64,000 nt of DNA from an uncultured Pseudomonadota bacterium (GCA_963836235.1 CAWIIP010000002.1:992001-1056000), one strand, 5' to 3'. Shown: positions 36,115 through 46,019, counted from the stretch's first letter. Numbers and translations are program-made. The notes: generated by a model from the sequence alone, not told the origin.

Positions 36115-36741
36115 TTAGGAAAATATCTTCGAAAGACTGGGCAAAACATTTTCCATCGTCAGCATTCTGATCTTCTCCCCTTTCCCTTCCCATCCCTCCA
36201 AGCGTTTTTGATGTTCCTGGATGATCGGACGGACGGAGCTTTCGGCGAAGACCGCCTTGAGGTGCAGCGACATTTGTTCTTCTGAGGGCCGGTTGGCCCC
36301 GGTCAAAAGCTTGGCAGCCCCATCTTGCGCGCAAGCCGTGACGAGAAAAGAGTTGCCGGTGAAGGAGTAAATTTCCAGGTTGCTGATGACAACTTTACCG
36401 CCCTCTTTCCCTTCCACCCAATTAGCCAAGACCAATGTGGATTTCTGGTCTGGCGCGAGGAAGGTGCGGGCCCAGAAGAAAAGGGTGGAGGCGTAGGAAT
36501 AATCTCCCAGCAAAACATAGCCTTCTTCCGAAAGCTTTTGGGTGAGTTCGGCCTGCCACTTAGGGGTCAAGCGTTCGGTCAATTCTTGGGGAGCCTTGAC
36601 CAACTGGACGGATATCTTCGCCATGCCGTCGAAGGGGTTGTTGGAGGAATTTTCTTTTTTTTGAAACGTTTTTTCCGTAATCAGGATGTAAGCAATCACC
36701 GCCAGGATTAAAGCCAGTAGAAGAATTCCTCCCGGTCCCAT
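36115..36741 (-). CDS. Hypothetical membrane-anchored protein
   Basis: Single N-terminal TM; starts 6 nt after the lemA stop. Confidence 0.7.
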   Translation of the reverse strand: MGPGGILLLALILAVIAYILITEKTFQKKENSSNNPFDGMAKISVQLVKAPQELTERLTPKWQAELTQKLSEEGYVLLGDYSYASTLFFWARTFLAPDQKSTLVLANWVEGKEGGKVVISNLEIYSFTGNSFLVTACAQDGAAKLLTGANRPSEEQMSLHLKAVFAESSVRPIIQEHQKRLEGWEGKGEKIRMLTMENVLPSLSKIFS

Positions 36742-36747
36742 ACTGAT

Positions 36748-37311
36748 TTAGAACTGCACCTTCGGCGCCGCCTGGGCCTCGTCCGTAGCCTTGAAATAGG
36801 AATCTCTCACTTTAAAACCGCCGACGGAAGCCATCAGGTTGGTTGGAAAACTTTGTACCTTCGTGTTGTAATCCTGCACCGCTTCATTGTAGCGCTGGCG
36901 GGTCACGGCAATTCGGTTTTCGGTTCCAGCCAATTCATCCTGGAGCCGCAGGAAACCCTCATTGGCCTTCAAGTCAGGGTATTTTTCCACCACCACCATT
37001 AATCGTCCTAAGGCGCCTTCCAAATCGTTGGCGGCCTTCACCTGCTCTCCCGATGTCTTGGCTTCTCCCCATTGGCTTCTCAATCGGGTGACTTCCTCCA
37101 GAACATCCGCCTCGTGCTTAGCGTAACCCTTGACCGTCGCCACCAGGTTGGGAATCAGGTCGTAACGGCGCTGGAGGTCGGTTTGGACATTGGCCCAGGC
37201 GCTGTCGATGGCCTGGTTGGACGAAACCAATCCGTTATAGGATCCCATCAGGGTCAATCCAAAAACCACCACAAATCCCAAAATCGCCCACAACCAAATT
37301 TTTGAAGACAT
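36748..37311 (-). CDS. lemA: LemA family protein
   Basis: YNGLV...AWANVQTDLQRRYDLIPNLV...YPDLKAN...LAGTENRIAVTRQRYNEAV. Confidence 0.95.
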   Translation of the reverse strand: MSSKIWLWAILGFVVVFGLTLMGSYNGLVSSNQAIDSAWANVQTDLQRRYDLIPNLVATVKGYAKHEADVLEEVTRLRSQWGEAKTSGEQVKAANDLEGALGRLMVVVEKYPDLKANEGFLRLQDELAGTENRIAVTRQRYNEAVQDYNTKVQSFPTNLMASVGGFKVRDSYFKATDEAQAAPKVQF

Positions 37312-37337
37312 GAATTCCTCCGAATTTTAAATGGCGT

Positions 37338-37919
37338 CTATTTCCCGTACAGCCCCATGATCTGCGTCCAGGCCAAGGTATGTTTGGCGATGGCTTTCAA
37401 CAACTGGTCTTTGGATTCCCCGGCCGGCAAATGAACCGGCCCGTCCAAGGCGTAAAGCTTGAAGTAATATCGGTGTAGTCCGCTGGGGGGACAAGGGCCG
37501 TCATAGCCGATTTTTTTGAAGTCATTGACCCCTTGCAGAATACCCGATGTGCTTTCCTCGTCCCGTGGATAGTTCTCCAAAAGCTCATAGGTGTTGCTCG
37601 TGGGTTCGGTCGGCTTCGCGGGGATATTGTAAATCACCCAATGAACCCAGGTTTGGGTCGGGGCATCGGGGTCGTCCACGATCAGGGCGAAATCCTTGGT
37701 TTTAGGCGGCACGCCATGCCAGCTTAGTTCCGGGGACATATTCTGTCCGTTACAAGAAACGTATTTGGGAGGAATCATGCCCCCATCCTTAAAAGAAGAG
37801 CTTTGGAGCCTGAGGGTCGATTTTTTCTTGATGCCGGTGTCCCCGACTGCCGGATTCAGGATCACGGACCACAGTAACAGGATAGCCCCCGTCAAAAAAG
37901 TTGATTTAAGCTTGAACAT
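37338..37919 (-). CDS. YbhB/YbcL (PEBP, Raf kinase inhibitor-like) protein, secreted
   Basis: Signal peptide; SPELSW, DDPDAP, WVHWVIYNIP, GYDGPCPP, HRYYFKLYALD. Confidence 0.92.
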   Translation of the reverse strand: MFKLKSTFLTGAILLLWSVILNPAVGDTGIKKKSTLRLQSSSFKDGGMIPPKYVSCNGQNMSPELSWHGVPPKTKDFALIVDDPDAPTQTWVHWVIYNIPAKPTEPTSNTYELLENYPRDEESTSGILQGVNDFKKIGYDGPCPPSGLHRYYFKLYALDGPVHLPAGESKDQLLKAIAKHTLAWTQIMGLYGK

Positions 37920-37942
37920 TCACGCCTCCCATTCCCATCTAA

Positions 37943-38641
37943 TTAGTTCACATTATCAATGATAGATTCGATGGCTCCGAGATATTTTTCAAAGGTGCCC
38001 AGAACATCAAGACTTTTGATCTTTTCCCCCTGTTTCAAGCGGTCCACGATTTCAAAGGGTTCCAAATCGAAAGAGACATGGTCTTTTAATTTCCGAAGAG
38101 CATCCATCTTTTTCACGGGTGGCGTGACCCCGTACAACCAAAGGGCGCTCTTGAAAAGGACGAGGAAAGTGGAAAGGGATTCCACCATGAGCTTTTCCAC
38201 CATTCCGGGCCGGGCTTCCGTCAGCATAAAATGGGTCCTCAACTGGAGAAGTTTACCTTGAAGCTCGTGTTCCATTTCCACCCGCAAGTGGTCGTGGGAA
38301 ATCAAAAGGTCCGCCACCGGGTCGGAGCCAAATAGGACCCGGTGATTGTGCTGGATATCCAGAATTTCAACCGGAAAGACCTCCACGAACTGCTTGAGAT
38401 GTTCCAGGTCCAGGAATAAAGGGGGAGGATTTCCCTGTTCTTTCCAGGGAACCGCTACCTTGGAAAGAAAAAGGAGAGTTTTCGAATGGAGGGAATGGGT
38501 CACCACCAATAGATTAATGTCTGAATTTTTTCCCGCGTGGTCCCCCGCCGCCGCCGAGCCATATAAGACTACCGACACCAGTTGGTTTCCCAAAAGGGTT
38601 TTAAGTTCCTCGACCATTTTTTCCGCTGTCCACTTCGCCAT
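37943..38641 (-). CDS. Pol-beta-like nucleotidyltransferase domain protein
   Basis: VVLYGSAAAGD...SDINLLVV motif plus a helical C-terminal domain. Confidence 0.8.
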   Translation of the reverse strand: MAKWTAEKMVEELKTLLGNQLVSVVLYGSAAAGDHAGKNSDINLLVVTHSLHSKTLLFLSKVAVPWKEQGNPPPLFLDLEHLKQFVEVFPVEILDIQHNHRVLFGSDPVADLLISHDHLRVEMEHELQGKLLQLRTHFMLTEARPGMVEKLMVESLSTFLVLFKSALWLYGVTPPVKKMDALRKLKDHVSFDLEPFEIVDRLKQGEKIKSLDVLGTFEKYLGAIESIIDNVN

Positions 38642-38667
38642 AACCTCACCTCAAAAAAAATTTTGAA

Positions 38668-38796
38668 TCAATGCCCTTGTCCGCCATCGCTCCCACCGCC
38701 GTCGAAGCCGGTATGCTTCAACAAGAAATTAACAAAGAGGGCCGAGGCAAGAAAAAGACCCGTCAACAAGAAGAACAAGTAATAGAAGTTTTGCAT
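38668..38796 (-). CDS. Small 42-aa single-TM protein with Gly-rich tail
   Basis: MQNFYYLFFLLTGLFLASALFVNFLLKHTGFDGGGSDGGQGH*. The ATG directly follows the TAA of the TPM gene; too short to appear in the ORF track. Confidence 0.5.
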   Translation of the reverse strand: MQNFYYLFFLLTGLFLASALFVNFLLKHTGFDGGGSDGGQGH

Positions 38797-39522
38797 TTAC
38801 CACCCCCCGCTAGCGCCGCCGCCACCGGACCCACCGCCGCCGAATCCGCCAAAACCTCCCCCCCCGCCTCCAAAACCACCGCCGCCCCATCCGCCGTAAA
38901 ACCCACCACCGCCCCAATAACCCCCACGGCCTCGCCTGGAATTGCTGATAATAAAAATGATAACGAAAAGAATGATTAAAATAACCTTGACCCAGTTGAC
39001 CCCGCCGGACCCTTCATCCCCCTGGTCTTGAACCTGGGTTTGGCCGCTGGCGTCCGGGGCGATCCTTTGAACGATAGCCTGAGCGGCATCCATCAAGCCC
39101 GCCCCGTACTGTTGTTGCTTAAAAGCGGGATAGATTTGCTGGCGCAGAATGTCCCCGGCGTCTCCGTCCGTCAGGACGCCTTCCAGCCCATAGCCCACTT
39201 CGATGCGGGCCCGCCGGTCCTGGATGGCGGCTAGGATCAGGACGCCGTTGTCCTTGCCTTTTTTGCCGATCCCCCAGGCCTTGAAAAGTTCCACCGCCGC
39301 CGCGTCCACATCCCCGCCTTCCACCGAGGGCAGGGTCACGACCGCTATTTCAGAACCTGTCTTTTGCTCAACCCCCCGTAGATAACTTTCCAGCGCCTGG
39401 GCTTGGTCGGCGGAAATGACATGCGCGAAATCATTGACGAATCCAACGGGGGTGGGCCAATGGTTCGCGGCCAAGAGGGGGCCGGTGATCGCACAGAAGA
39501 GTAACGGAATAAATTTTTTCAT
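38797..39522 (-). CDS. TPM-domain (YgcG-like) membrane protein
   Basis: VNDFAHVI, EIAVVT, WGIGKKGKDNGVLIL, RIEVGYGLEG, then a TM and a Gly-rich tail ending SGGGGASGGW. Confidence 0.93.
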   Translation of the reverse strand: MKKFIPLLFCAITGPLLAANHWPTPVGFVNDFAHVISADQAQALESYLRGVEQKTGSEIAVVTLPSVEGGDVDAAAVELFKAWGIGKKGKDNGVLILAAIQDRRARIEVGYGLEGVLTDGDAGDILRQQIYPAFKQQQYGAGLMDAAQAIVQRIAPDASGQTQVQDQGDEGSGGVNWVKVILIILFVIIFIISNSRRGRGGYWGGGGFYGGWGGGGFGGGGGGFGGFGGGGSGGGGASGGW

Positions 39523-39567
39523 AGTTGGAACAGTCTTTTAGGGGGACTTTTCGGAATTCGACTGGCG

Positions 39568-40029
39568 TTACTTTTTCTCGTAAATTCCCATCAATTCTGC
39601 CTGCTCCACAATACGCCTTTGGATGGACTTTTCAAGCTGGGGCCTTTTAACATTGTCCTCCAAATCCAAAAGGGCGGTGAGGGCGTAAATCTTAAAGAAA
39701 TAGGGGTGGGAGCCGCTCGGAGGCTCGGGCCCACGATAGCCCAGACCCCCGAAATCGTTCACGCCTTGCCGGATGCCGTTGGGAAGGGACTTCATGGGAG
39801 GAAAAGCCTCAGGCAGTAAGATGACGGTGGGGGGAATGTTATAAACCAGCCAATGGGTAAAGTCCCCGCTGGGCGCGTCTGGATCGAACATGATTAGGGC
39901 GAAACTTTTGGATCCGAGAGGCGCGTCATGCCACTCGATGGGCGGTGAAACATTGTCGCCGTCCGGCGTGTAATGGGCGGGGATATCACCGCCTTCCTTG
40001 AAAACCCTGCTCGTGATTCGAAAAGCCAT
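39568..40029 (-). CDS. YbhB/YbcL (PEBP) protein, cytoplasmic
   Basis: SPPIEW, FDPDAP, FTHWLVYNIP, GYRGPEPP; no signal peptide. Confidence 0.92.
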   Translation of the reverse strand: MAFRITSRVFKEGGDIPAHYTPDGDNVSPPIEWHDAPLGSKSFALIMFDPDAPSGDFTHWLVYNIPPTVILLPEAFPPMKSLPNGIRQGVNDFGGLGYRGPEPPSGSHPYFFKIYALTALLDLEDNVKRPQLEKSIQRRIVEQAELMGIYEKK

Positions 40030-40155
40030 TCGGAATCCCACCTTTTAGTTTCGCCCGTTTACCCCGGATAAAAACTATCCTTTATAGTAGTCCAAATGTC
40101 CTCAGATAGGCTTGGAATGTTTTGGTATCAGACAAAGCGATCTTTGTGGAGGATA

Positions 40156-40593
40156 TTATGGTTTCGGTCTGACCCGGGAAGCAATAACTCCTAAGCAAAC
40201 GTCCGAGACCACCTTTATTCTGGCTTTTTCCAGCTTGGCTTCCGCTTCCGGATGGGTGATGCCGGTTTGGAGCCAAACCACCTTAGGCCGTTTTTCCTCG
40301 GGCAAGGCCAGGACCTCGTCGGCCAAGGCGGGGATCACGTCCGGCCTGCGGAAAACATCAAGAATATCCACCTTCATCGGCAGGTCCTTCACGGCCGCAT
40401 AGGCCTTTTCCCCCAGTGACGATTGGATCTTGGGGTTCACGGGGTAAATCTTCATGCCCCTTTCCTGAAGCATGGCGGGAATCTGATAGGCTGGCCGGTC
40501 CATCTTGCTTTCGTCCTGCATGCCTTCCACGGCAATCGTCTTGGCATTTTTGACGATTTCGATCATTTCGGATTCATTGACGTTCATGGCCAC
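40156..40593 (-). CDS. CoA-binding protein (YccU-like)
   Basis: KTIAV, IYPVNPK, VDILDVFRR, VWLQTGI, VVSDVCL. Confidence 0.85.
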   Translation of the reverse strand: MAMNVNESEMIEIVKNAKTIAVEGMQDESKMDRPAYQIPAMLQERGMKIYPVNPKIQSSLGEKAYAAVKDLPMKVDILDVFRRPDVIPALADEVLALPEEKRPKVVWLQTGITHPEAEAKLEKARIKVVSDVCLGVIASRVRPKP

Positions 40594-41001
40594 CTCATTG
40601 GGAAGATACCTCTACTATAAGGAAGTGTCTTGGGGGAAAACAATAGTCCAACTGGACATGGGACAATGGCGGAAGATTACAGGCCTAAAGCCCGACGTCG
40701 ATCCCGCCCAAGAGGTTTTGTTCGGTGTAATCCATCAGGCCCACCTTGCCAGGTATTAGACGAAAGCGTTTAGACCCTCTGCGAATCCGGCGTTCAACTT
40801 ATTTTTTCTGAAAACAGAGGTTAAATCCGGGCGACCGGGGGAAATTTAGAAGAAAGCGAATCAGAAAAACAGATGGATCGAATCCGATTCGTTTCAACGT
40901 GCAAAAAATAAAAGCCACATCCTTCGAATATCTCCGGCAATGGAGATCAGGATATAAAATAAGGACGGAATTTTAATTTGAGAAAGGAAGGCGATCAAAT
41001 C

Positions 41002-41289
41002 ATGAGCTATCGAACCGACGTCGCCAATGCCATTGAAGGAAAGGCCCGATGCACAGCGGTTTTCGTCCATACCCAACCCGTGCGCATCGCCGTGGATGGA
41101 AAGTTCCTCTGGCGGGGGAAAGTGGAAGTATTCGACTTAAAAGGGCACCCCTACGCAAGGCGGGCCTTCGGATGGGCCATTAAACACAAAGAAAAGAAAA
41201 TCGAATATGTGACGGTCATCGGCATCCCGCCTTTAGATACCCCCCTCATGGCCGCGAAAGCCTATCTGGCGAACAAGAAAAGATACTAA
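41002..41289 (+). CDS. Hypothetical protein
   Basis: AGGAAGG RBS before the ATG at 41002; WRGKVEVFDLKGHP...AFGW. Confidence 0.6.
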   Translation: MSYRTDVANAIEGKARCTAVFVHTQPVRIAVDGKFLWRGKVEVFDLKGHPYARRAFGWAIKHKEKKIEYVTVIGIPPLDTPLMAAKAYLANKKRY

Positions 41290-41356
41290 AAAGCCGCTGA
41301 AAACATTTTACAAACGCCCCGTTAAAGTTTTCGCTTTGGGCGACGTTAGGAAAAAA

Positions 41357-41527
41357 ATGGATAACATCTCTAACTTACAACCCCCGTTGTCAGCGCAGGA
41401 TTCGACTTCGATCGCCCTCAAGGGTCTTTCCGACTTCAAACAACAGACGAACGATCTCCTCGCTTTGACCCAAGAAGCGGCCCTCACGCCCCCGAACCTC
41501 GGCACCAAGGTCGATCTCCAAGCTTGA
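41357..41527 (+). CDS. Small YjfB-like protein
   Basis: AGGA RBS; the C-terminus PPNLGTKVDLQA resembles the YjfB family tail. Confidence 0.45.
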   Translation: MDNISNLQPPLSAQDSTSIALKGLSDFKQQTNDLLALTQEAALTPPNLGTKVDLQA

Positions 41528-41987
41528 TTTCCTTTTGGAATTGATTGGAAGAATCCTTACGAAACTAGAAGCACGCTCCTGTTCCCCGGAGACGAGCCTC
41601 TTTTCTGATTACTATTCATGAATCTCTCACAATAGTGAGTTCATTCTGCCGGTCATACAGCATTTCAACTTATACTCAAATGTCGTACTCCAATCGTGAC
41701 CAAATCCCTTAGCGGCCATTCGAATCCCCCCCCGACTTACCATTCAAGCAGTCCATGGCGCCCTGGTTTTTTTCCAATACTTTTACGAGGCCAACTACAG
41801 GAATCTCGAACCTGGATGGATTATTTCATAAGGCAAAGACCGCCCGGAGCAGCTTTTGGAGGGGTTTTTTATTCGCGTTCCATATCATCTAATATTTCAT
41901 AGGTTCTGAACCACGCGATTTAACAAGCAGGTAAAAGAAAATTTTCGATCTGATGGGTAATCACAAACCGAAACCTTGAACCCGAAG

Positions 41988-44900
41988 TTAACGCAACACT
42001 ACGAGCTTGCCCAGCTTCTGGATCGTCCCAGTGGAGCTCGTTATTTCCAAGAAGTAAAAATATAGCCCGCTGGCGACCTGTGTCCCGGAAGAATTCTCCA
42101 AAGTCCAAGTTAGGATATTGAGCCCAGCATCTCCTTCCGTGGAAGTCTGATACAGCTTCTCCCCCGCAGGGGTGTAGAGGGTCAACTTCAACTGAGCCGC
42201 TTGGGCTAGTTGGATCTTAAAGTTGATTGGTTCCCCGCCCCTTGAAATATTCGGAGCGGCCACAACGGAGTTCAGCCATTGCGGAACGGGAGTTGGGGTC
42301 GGTGTTCCGCTATTACCATTTTCGGCGGCCACGGCCGCCGCTTTAGCGCCGTTGGGCGTGCAAGTCGGAAGAGGCCGGCAGGAAGGTGGCACCCCTCCGG
42401 AAACTGTCACTAGGTTTCCTTTCAAATAAAGGGCGTAGTGGCTATTGGTGGTATAGGTGGAAGCCGAAACGCAGGGGCTATACCAATCAGCCGTGCCAGG
42501 AACAAAGGGTTGGGAATCGGACCGGTTGATCAGTGTCTGGAGCCCGACCCAACTCGTCCCGCTGCTCAAAACCGTGCCGTCAGTGGTGGAGATGGTCATT
42601 TCCCAATTGGCCATTTGGTTCGTGGCGGGGCCGCAAGCGGGGGAGAAGCTGGCGGCGTTGAGGGCGACCCCCGTCAAGTTGTGGGAGCATGTGGGATTCC
42701 ACAAACATCCGCCCGTGGTGATCGAACCCACCAAGGCGACTCCGGAGGTGTTGTAGGGCCAGAACTTGATGGTGATATCGGATAACGTCACGGCGGCCCC
42801 CTTGTTGATGACGGCGAAGAGGGTATAGACCGTGTTGGTTCCGCAAGAACTGGTGTATTCCTCCAATTGCAGGTTGGCGGTACTGGTCCCGCAAACGGTT
42901 GTGGCGGTGGGCGTCGGGGTAATGGTGGGTGTGAGAGTACGCGTAGGGGTGCTAGTGGCAGTATTCGTCTTGGTGGGGCTGGCCGTTAGGGTCGGGGTTT
43001 TGGTGGCTGTTAAGGTTGGCGTCGCGGTCGGGGTGAAGGTTTTGCTATTGGTCGGGGTATTCGTCGTCGTGTTGGTTGCCGTGTTGCTGAAGGTGGGAGT
43101 AGAGGTCTTCGTCGGGGTCGCGGTGTTCGTTTTGGTTGGGGTATTGGTCGTAGTATTGGTGGGCGTTTTCGTGGCGGTGTTAGTTGTAGTATTCGTGGAT
43201 GTGTTCGTCGTTGTGTAGGTGGGTGTATTCGTTGTCGTATTCGTCGTTGTGTTTGTAGTCGTATTGGTCGGCGTGGTTGTATTCGTCGACGTGTTAGTCG
43301 TGGTGTTGGTCGATGTATTTGTCGTCGTGGCAGTTGTCGTGTTAGTGGGTGTATTCGTTGCCGTATTCGTAGGCGTATTCGTCGTGGTGTTTGTCGTTGT
43401 ATTCGTGGGCGTGTCAGTGGCGGTGTTGGTCGGTGTGTCAGTAGTCGTATTGGTGGGCGTGTCAGTGGTGGTATTAGTCGGTGTGTCAGTAGTTGTATTG
43501 GTGGGCGTGTTCGTTGTCGTATTCGTGGGCGTATCGGTAGTGGTGTTGGTGGGCGTATTAGTCGTGGTGTTAGTCGTTGTATTCGTGGGCGTGTCAGTGG
43601 TGGTGTTGGTCGGTGTATTGGTTGTTGTGGCAGTTGTCGTGTTAGTCGTCGTGTTGGTGGTGGTATTGGTCGTGGTGGCAGAAGGGGTGCCGGTGGGTGT
43701 AACCGTAGGCGTGAAAGTGGGGAAATTGAAGTCAGTCGCGTCAAACTTAGTAACAAAGGAATCCATTCCACCCGCAAAAGTCGTCTGATAAGCCCCGCTG
43801 GTCGTAAAGAAGTCCTGGCCGGTCGTGGAACCGGTGACATAGACATTTCCCGACCCATCCACGGCGATGCCGCCGCCGAAATATTCGCCGCCAACGATAG
43901 AACTTGAGAAGTCCGTTGTCCCGCCCAAATAGGTCGAATAGACCAGGTCATTTACACCATTACCCGCCGGATTCAGCGCCGCAACGAAATTGTCAAGTGG
44001 GCCCGACAAAACCGGTTGTTGGGCCCCGTTCGTCGTCGGGAAATTCGGCGAAGTTGTATTGCCCGACAAAAAAATGTTTCCCCCCTCATCCACGGCAATA
44101 TTAAAGCCATAATCAATCCCGTTCCCACCCAGGTAGGTGGAATAAAGTAAGCCCGTGTTGGCGCCAAGATTCACGGGATCGAGCTTGGCCACAAAAGCGT
44201 TATCAGTGCCCTTCGATGCCGTCTGATAAGCCCCGCTGGTCGTGGGGACGGTTCCGGTCGCTGCAGTGGTGTAACCTGTAAAATAAACATTATCCAACCC
44301 ATCCAACGCGATGGCCCGGCTTTTAACATTCGTTCCGAAGAAGGTCGAATAAATCAAATCGCTCGCCCCGCCACCGGCCGGATTCAATTTCGAAACAAAA
44401 CCCACAACACTGGTGCCGCCGCTAAAAGTCGTTTGATAGGCTCCCGAGGTCGTCGGGAAAGTCGTTGTCCAGGCGTCACCCGTCACATAAATATATCCCG
44501 AAGCGTCCACCTTAATGCCATAGGCTGCGTTTCCAGGGCTACCCGCGCCGGTCAGGTAAGTGGAATAGACCAACGAGGCCTTACCGCTCAAGAAAGGATT
44601 CATCTTTACCACATAAGGGCTTTCCTGGCCCGTGGACTCTGCCGGCTCGAAAGACCCGCTGGTCGTTGGAAAATTAGGAGTGTAATTATTGCCCGTCACG
44701 TAAAAATTTCCCGAATTATCCACGGCGATGCCTTGCCCCCAACCCTGCCCGCCAAGATAGCTCGAATAGATGAGGGCGCTTCCCGTTGAATTTAATACGG
44801 CGACAAAAGTATTTTCATTCGGATCTTGGGCAAGTAGCTGAAGGGCCCCGCTAGTCGCTGGAAAATTTTCGGACTGAGTTTCACCCGTTACGTAGGCATT

Positions 44901-46019
44901 TCCCGACCCGTCCACGGCGATGGCCATACCAAAATCGTTGCCCCCCCCGCCAAGATAGGTCGAATAGACCAAAGCGTTGCCCGCGGGGTCCAGTTTCGTG
45001 ATGTAAACATCGTCCCCCCCTTTTGAACTCGTCTGGTAGGCCCCGCTGGTCGCGGGAAAACCGGTACTTGCGTATCCTGTCGAATAGGCGTTTCCTGCCC
45101 CGTCTAAAACGATTCCTAATGCGTATGCGTCCCCGCTTCCACCCAGATATGTGGAATAGTCCAAAACTGGGTCGATAACCAATGGTTGAGTCTTGTCATA
45201 GTCCCCCACTGCGAATCCGATTTTTCCGTCTTGCCCGACAACATAACGACCCTCAACCGCCGTTCGTTGGCCGTTCTTTTCTTGATAAACCACTGGCGCC
45301 AGAAAGGACATTTTTCGACCGGTCATTTGAAAAATTAGGTTTCCGTTGGTGTCCACTTCGGCGTTGCGGGGGCCTTCATAGGCCAGCCCGATTACTCCGG
45401 GGTCCGCGCCTGGGGCGACGATGAAGTCATATTCCAGTTTTCGTTGATTGCCGTAATACCTCATGTCGACGCCCGAATAGACCCCCTTGACGCTAACCAT
45501 GGCATATTGGGGAATATTCGTGTGCCACTTCGAAGAATCGTTGCTGATGAAATAATTGCTTTTCCCCTCCGCCATTTCCGAACCTTCAAACGCGGCGAGG
45601 CGGTTTCCACCTGTGAGCTTCAAACGCAACACTTCAGGAGGGGCGGTTAAGACCGAGGATTGAGTGATGTGGCTTGGGTTCCCCCGGCCTTCAACCCCGC
45701 CCCCATTCGGATGACTCAGGCTGGGTCGTTTGAAAGAAAAAACCGCTTCGGCAGCCGTTAGATAAAGGGAGTAGCCGCTTCCCCGAGCGATAAATTTTAC
45801 CTGCGGATCGGTTTGGCCCAAATTGGGTTCGAACTGTAGGGGAAGTTTGCCGTAGTTTTCGTTCATTTTGAGTTGAACTGAATGGCCAGGAGCTTTGGAA
45901 CGGTACCCATTCGGTTGGCCCAAACGGGAAAGCGAGGAGTTCAACTCCGTTTGAGACGCAGCTCCGACCAGGAAAAGTACGGGTGATAGGACTAAAAAAA
46001 GGCGGAAGATTTTCTTCAA
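41988..46019 (-). CDS. Large secreted SBBP-repeat beta-propeller protein with Thr-rich linker, CBM3-like module and T9SS-CTD-like tail
   Basis: LPLQFEPNLGQ, LEYDFIVAPGADP, repeated YSTYLGG/IAVDGSGNAYVTG/FPTTSGAYQ; LSDITIKFW and YALYLKGNLV (CBM3-like); tail APN...YTPAGEKL...VASGLYFY...KLVVLR. Confidence 0.85.
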   Translation of the reverse strand: MKKIFRLFLVLSPVLFLVGAASQTELNSSLSRLGQPNGYRSKAPGHSVQLKMNENYGKLPLQFEPNLGQTDPQVKFIARGSGYSLYLTAAEAVFSFKRPSLSHPNGGGVEGRGNPSHITQSSVLTAPPEVLRLKLTGGNRLAAFEGSEMAEGKSNYFISNDSSKWHTNIPQYAMVSVKGVYSGVDMRYYGNQRKLEYDFIVAPGADPGVIGLAYEGPRNAEVDTNGNLIFQMTGRKMSFLAPVVYQEKNGQRTAVEGRYVVGQDGKIGFAVGDYDKTQPLVIDPVLDYSTYLGGSGDAYALGIVLDGAGNAYSTGYASTGFPATSGAYQTSSKGGDDVYITKLDPAGNALVYSTYLGGGGNDFGMAIAVDGSGNAYVTGETQSENFPATSGALQLLAQDPNENTFVAVLNSTGSALIYSSYLGGQGWGQGIAVDNSGNFYVTGNNYTPNFPTTSGSFEPAESTGQESPYVVKMNPFLSGKASLVYSTYLTGAGSPGNAAYGIKVDASGYIYVTGDAWTTTFPTTSGAYQTTFSGGTSVVGFVSKLNPAGGGASDLIYSTFFGTNVKSRAIALDGLDNVYFTGYTTAATGTVPTTSGAYQTASKGTDNAFVAKLDPVNLGANTGLLYSTYLGGNGIDYGFNIAVDEGGNIFLSGNTTSPNFPTTNGAQQPVLSGPLDNFVAALNPAGNGVNDLVYSTYLGGTTDFSSSIVGGEYFGGGIAVDGSGNVYVTGSTTGQDFFTTSGAYQTTFAGGMDSFVTKFDATDFNFPTFTPTVTPTGTPSATTTNTTTNTTTNTTTATTTNTPTNTTTDTPTNTTTNTTTNTPTNTTTDTPTNTTTNTPTNTTTDTPTNTTTDTPTNTTTDTPTNTATDTPTNTTTNTTTNTPTNTATNTPTNTTTATTTNTSTNTTTNTSTNTTTPTNTTTNTTTNTTTNTPTYTTTNTSTNTTTNTATKTPTNTTTNTPTKTNTATPTKTSTPTFSNTATNTTTNTPTNSKTFTPTATPTLTATKTPTLTASPTKTNTATSTPTRTLTPTITPTPTATTVCGTSTANLQLEEYTSSCGTNTVYTLFAVINKGAAVTLSDITIKFWPYNTSGVALVGSITTGGCLWNPTCSHNLTGVALNAASFSPACGPATNQMANWEMTISTTDGTVLSSGTSWVGLQTLINRSDSQPFVPGTADWYSPCVSASTYTTNSHYALYLKGNLVTVSGGVPPSCRPLPTCTPNGAKAAAVAAENGNSGTPTPTPVPQWLNSVVAAPNISRGGEPINFKIQLAQAAQLKLTLYTPAGEKLYQTSTEGDAGLNILTWTLENSSGTQVASGLYFYFLEITSSTGTIQKLGKLVVLR
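42898..43716 (-). repeat. Coding tandem repeat, ~12/24-bp units (TNTT, TNTTTDTP)
   Basis: About 270-aa Thr/Asn/Pro low-complexity linker with synonymous codon variation between units. Confidence 0.9.

Noticed and set aside
37943-38641. MNT-HEPN toxin-antitoxin or CBASS-type defence nucleotidyltransferase
   Set aside because: No adjacent HEPN toxin or effector gene; the context is lemA/TPM and the DxD motif is altered.
40686-40780. Minus-strand fragment reading ...LMDYTEQNLLGGIDVGL*, like the end of a beta-barrel protein
   Set aside because: Too short, with no convincing start; it cannot be supported as a pseudogene without a search.
42898-43716. Possible CRISPR array
   Set aside because: The repeats are degenerate, in-frame coding units with no constant repeat and unique spacer structure, and there are no cas genes.
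42832-43951. Val-rich plus-strand ORFs and the Arg/Pro-rich alternate-frame ORF 43010..43951
   Set aside because: Shadows of the Thr-codon repeat linker in 41988..46019.
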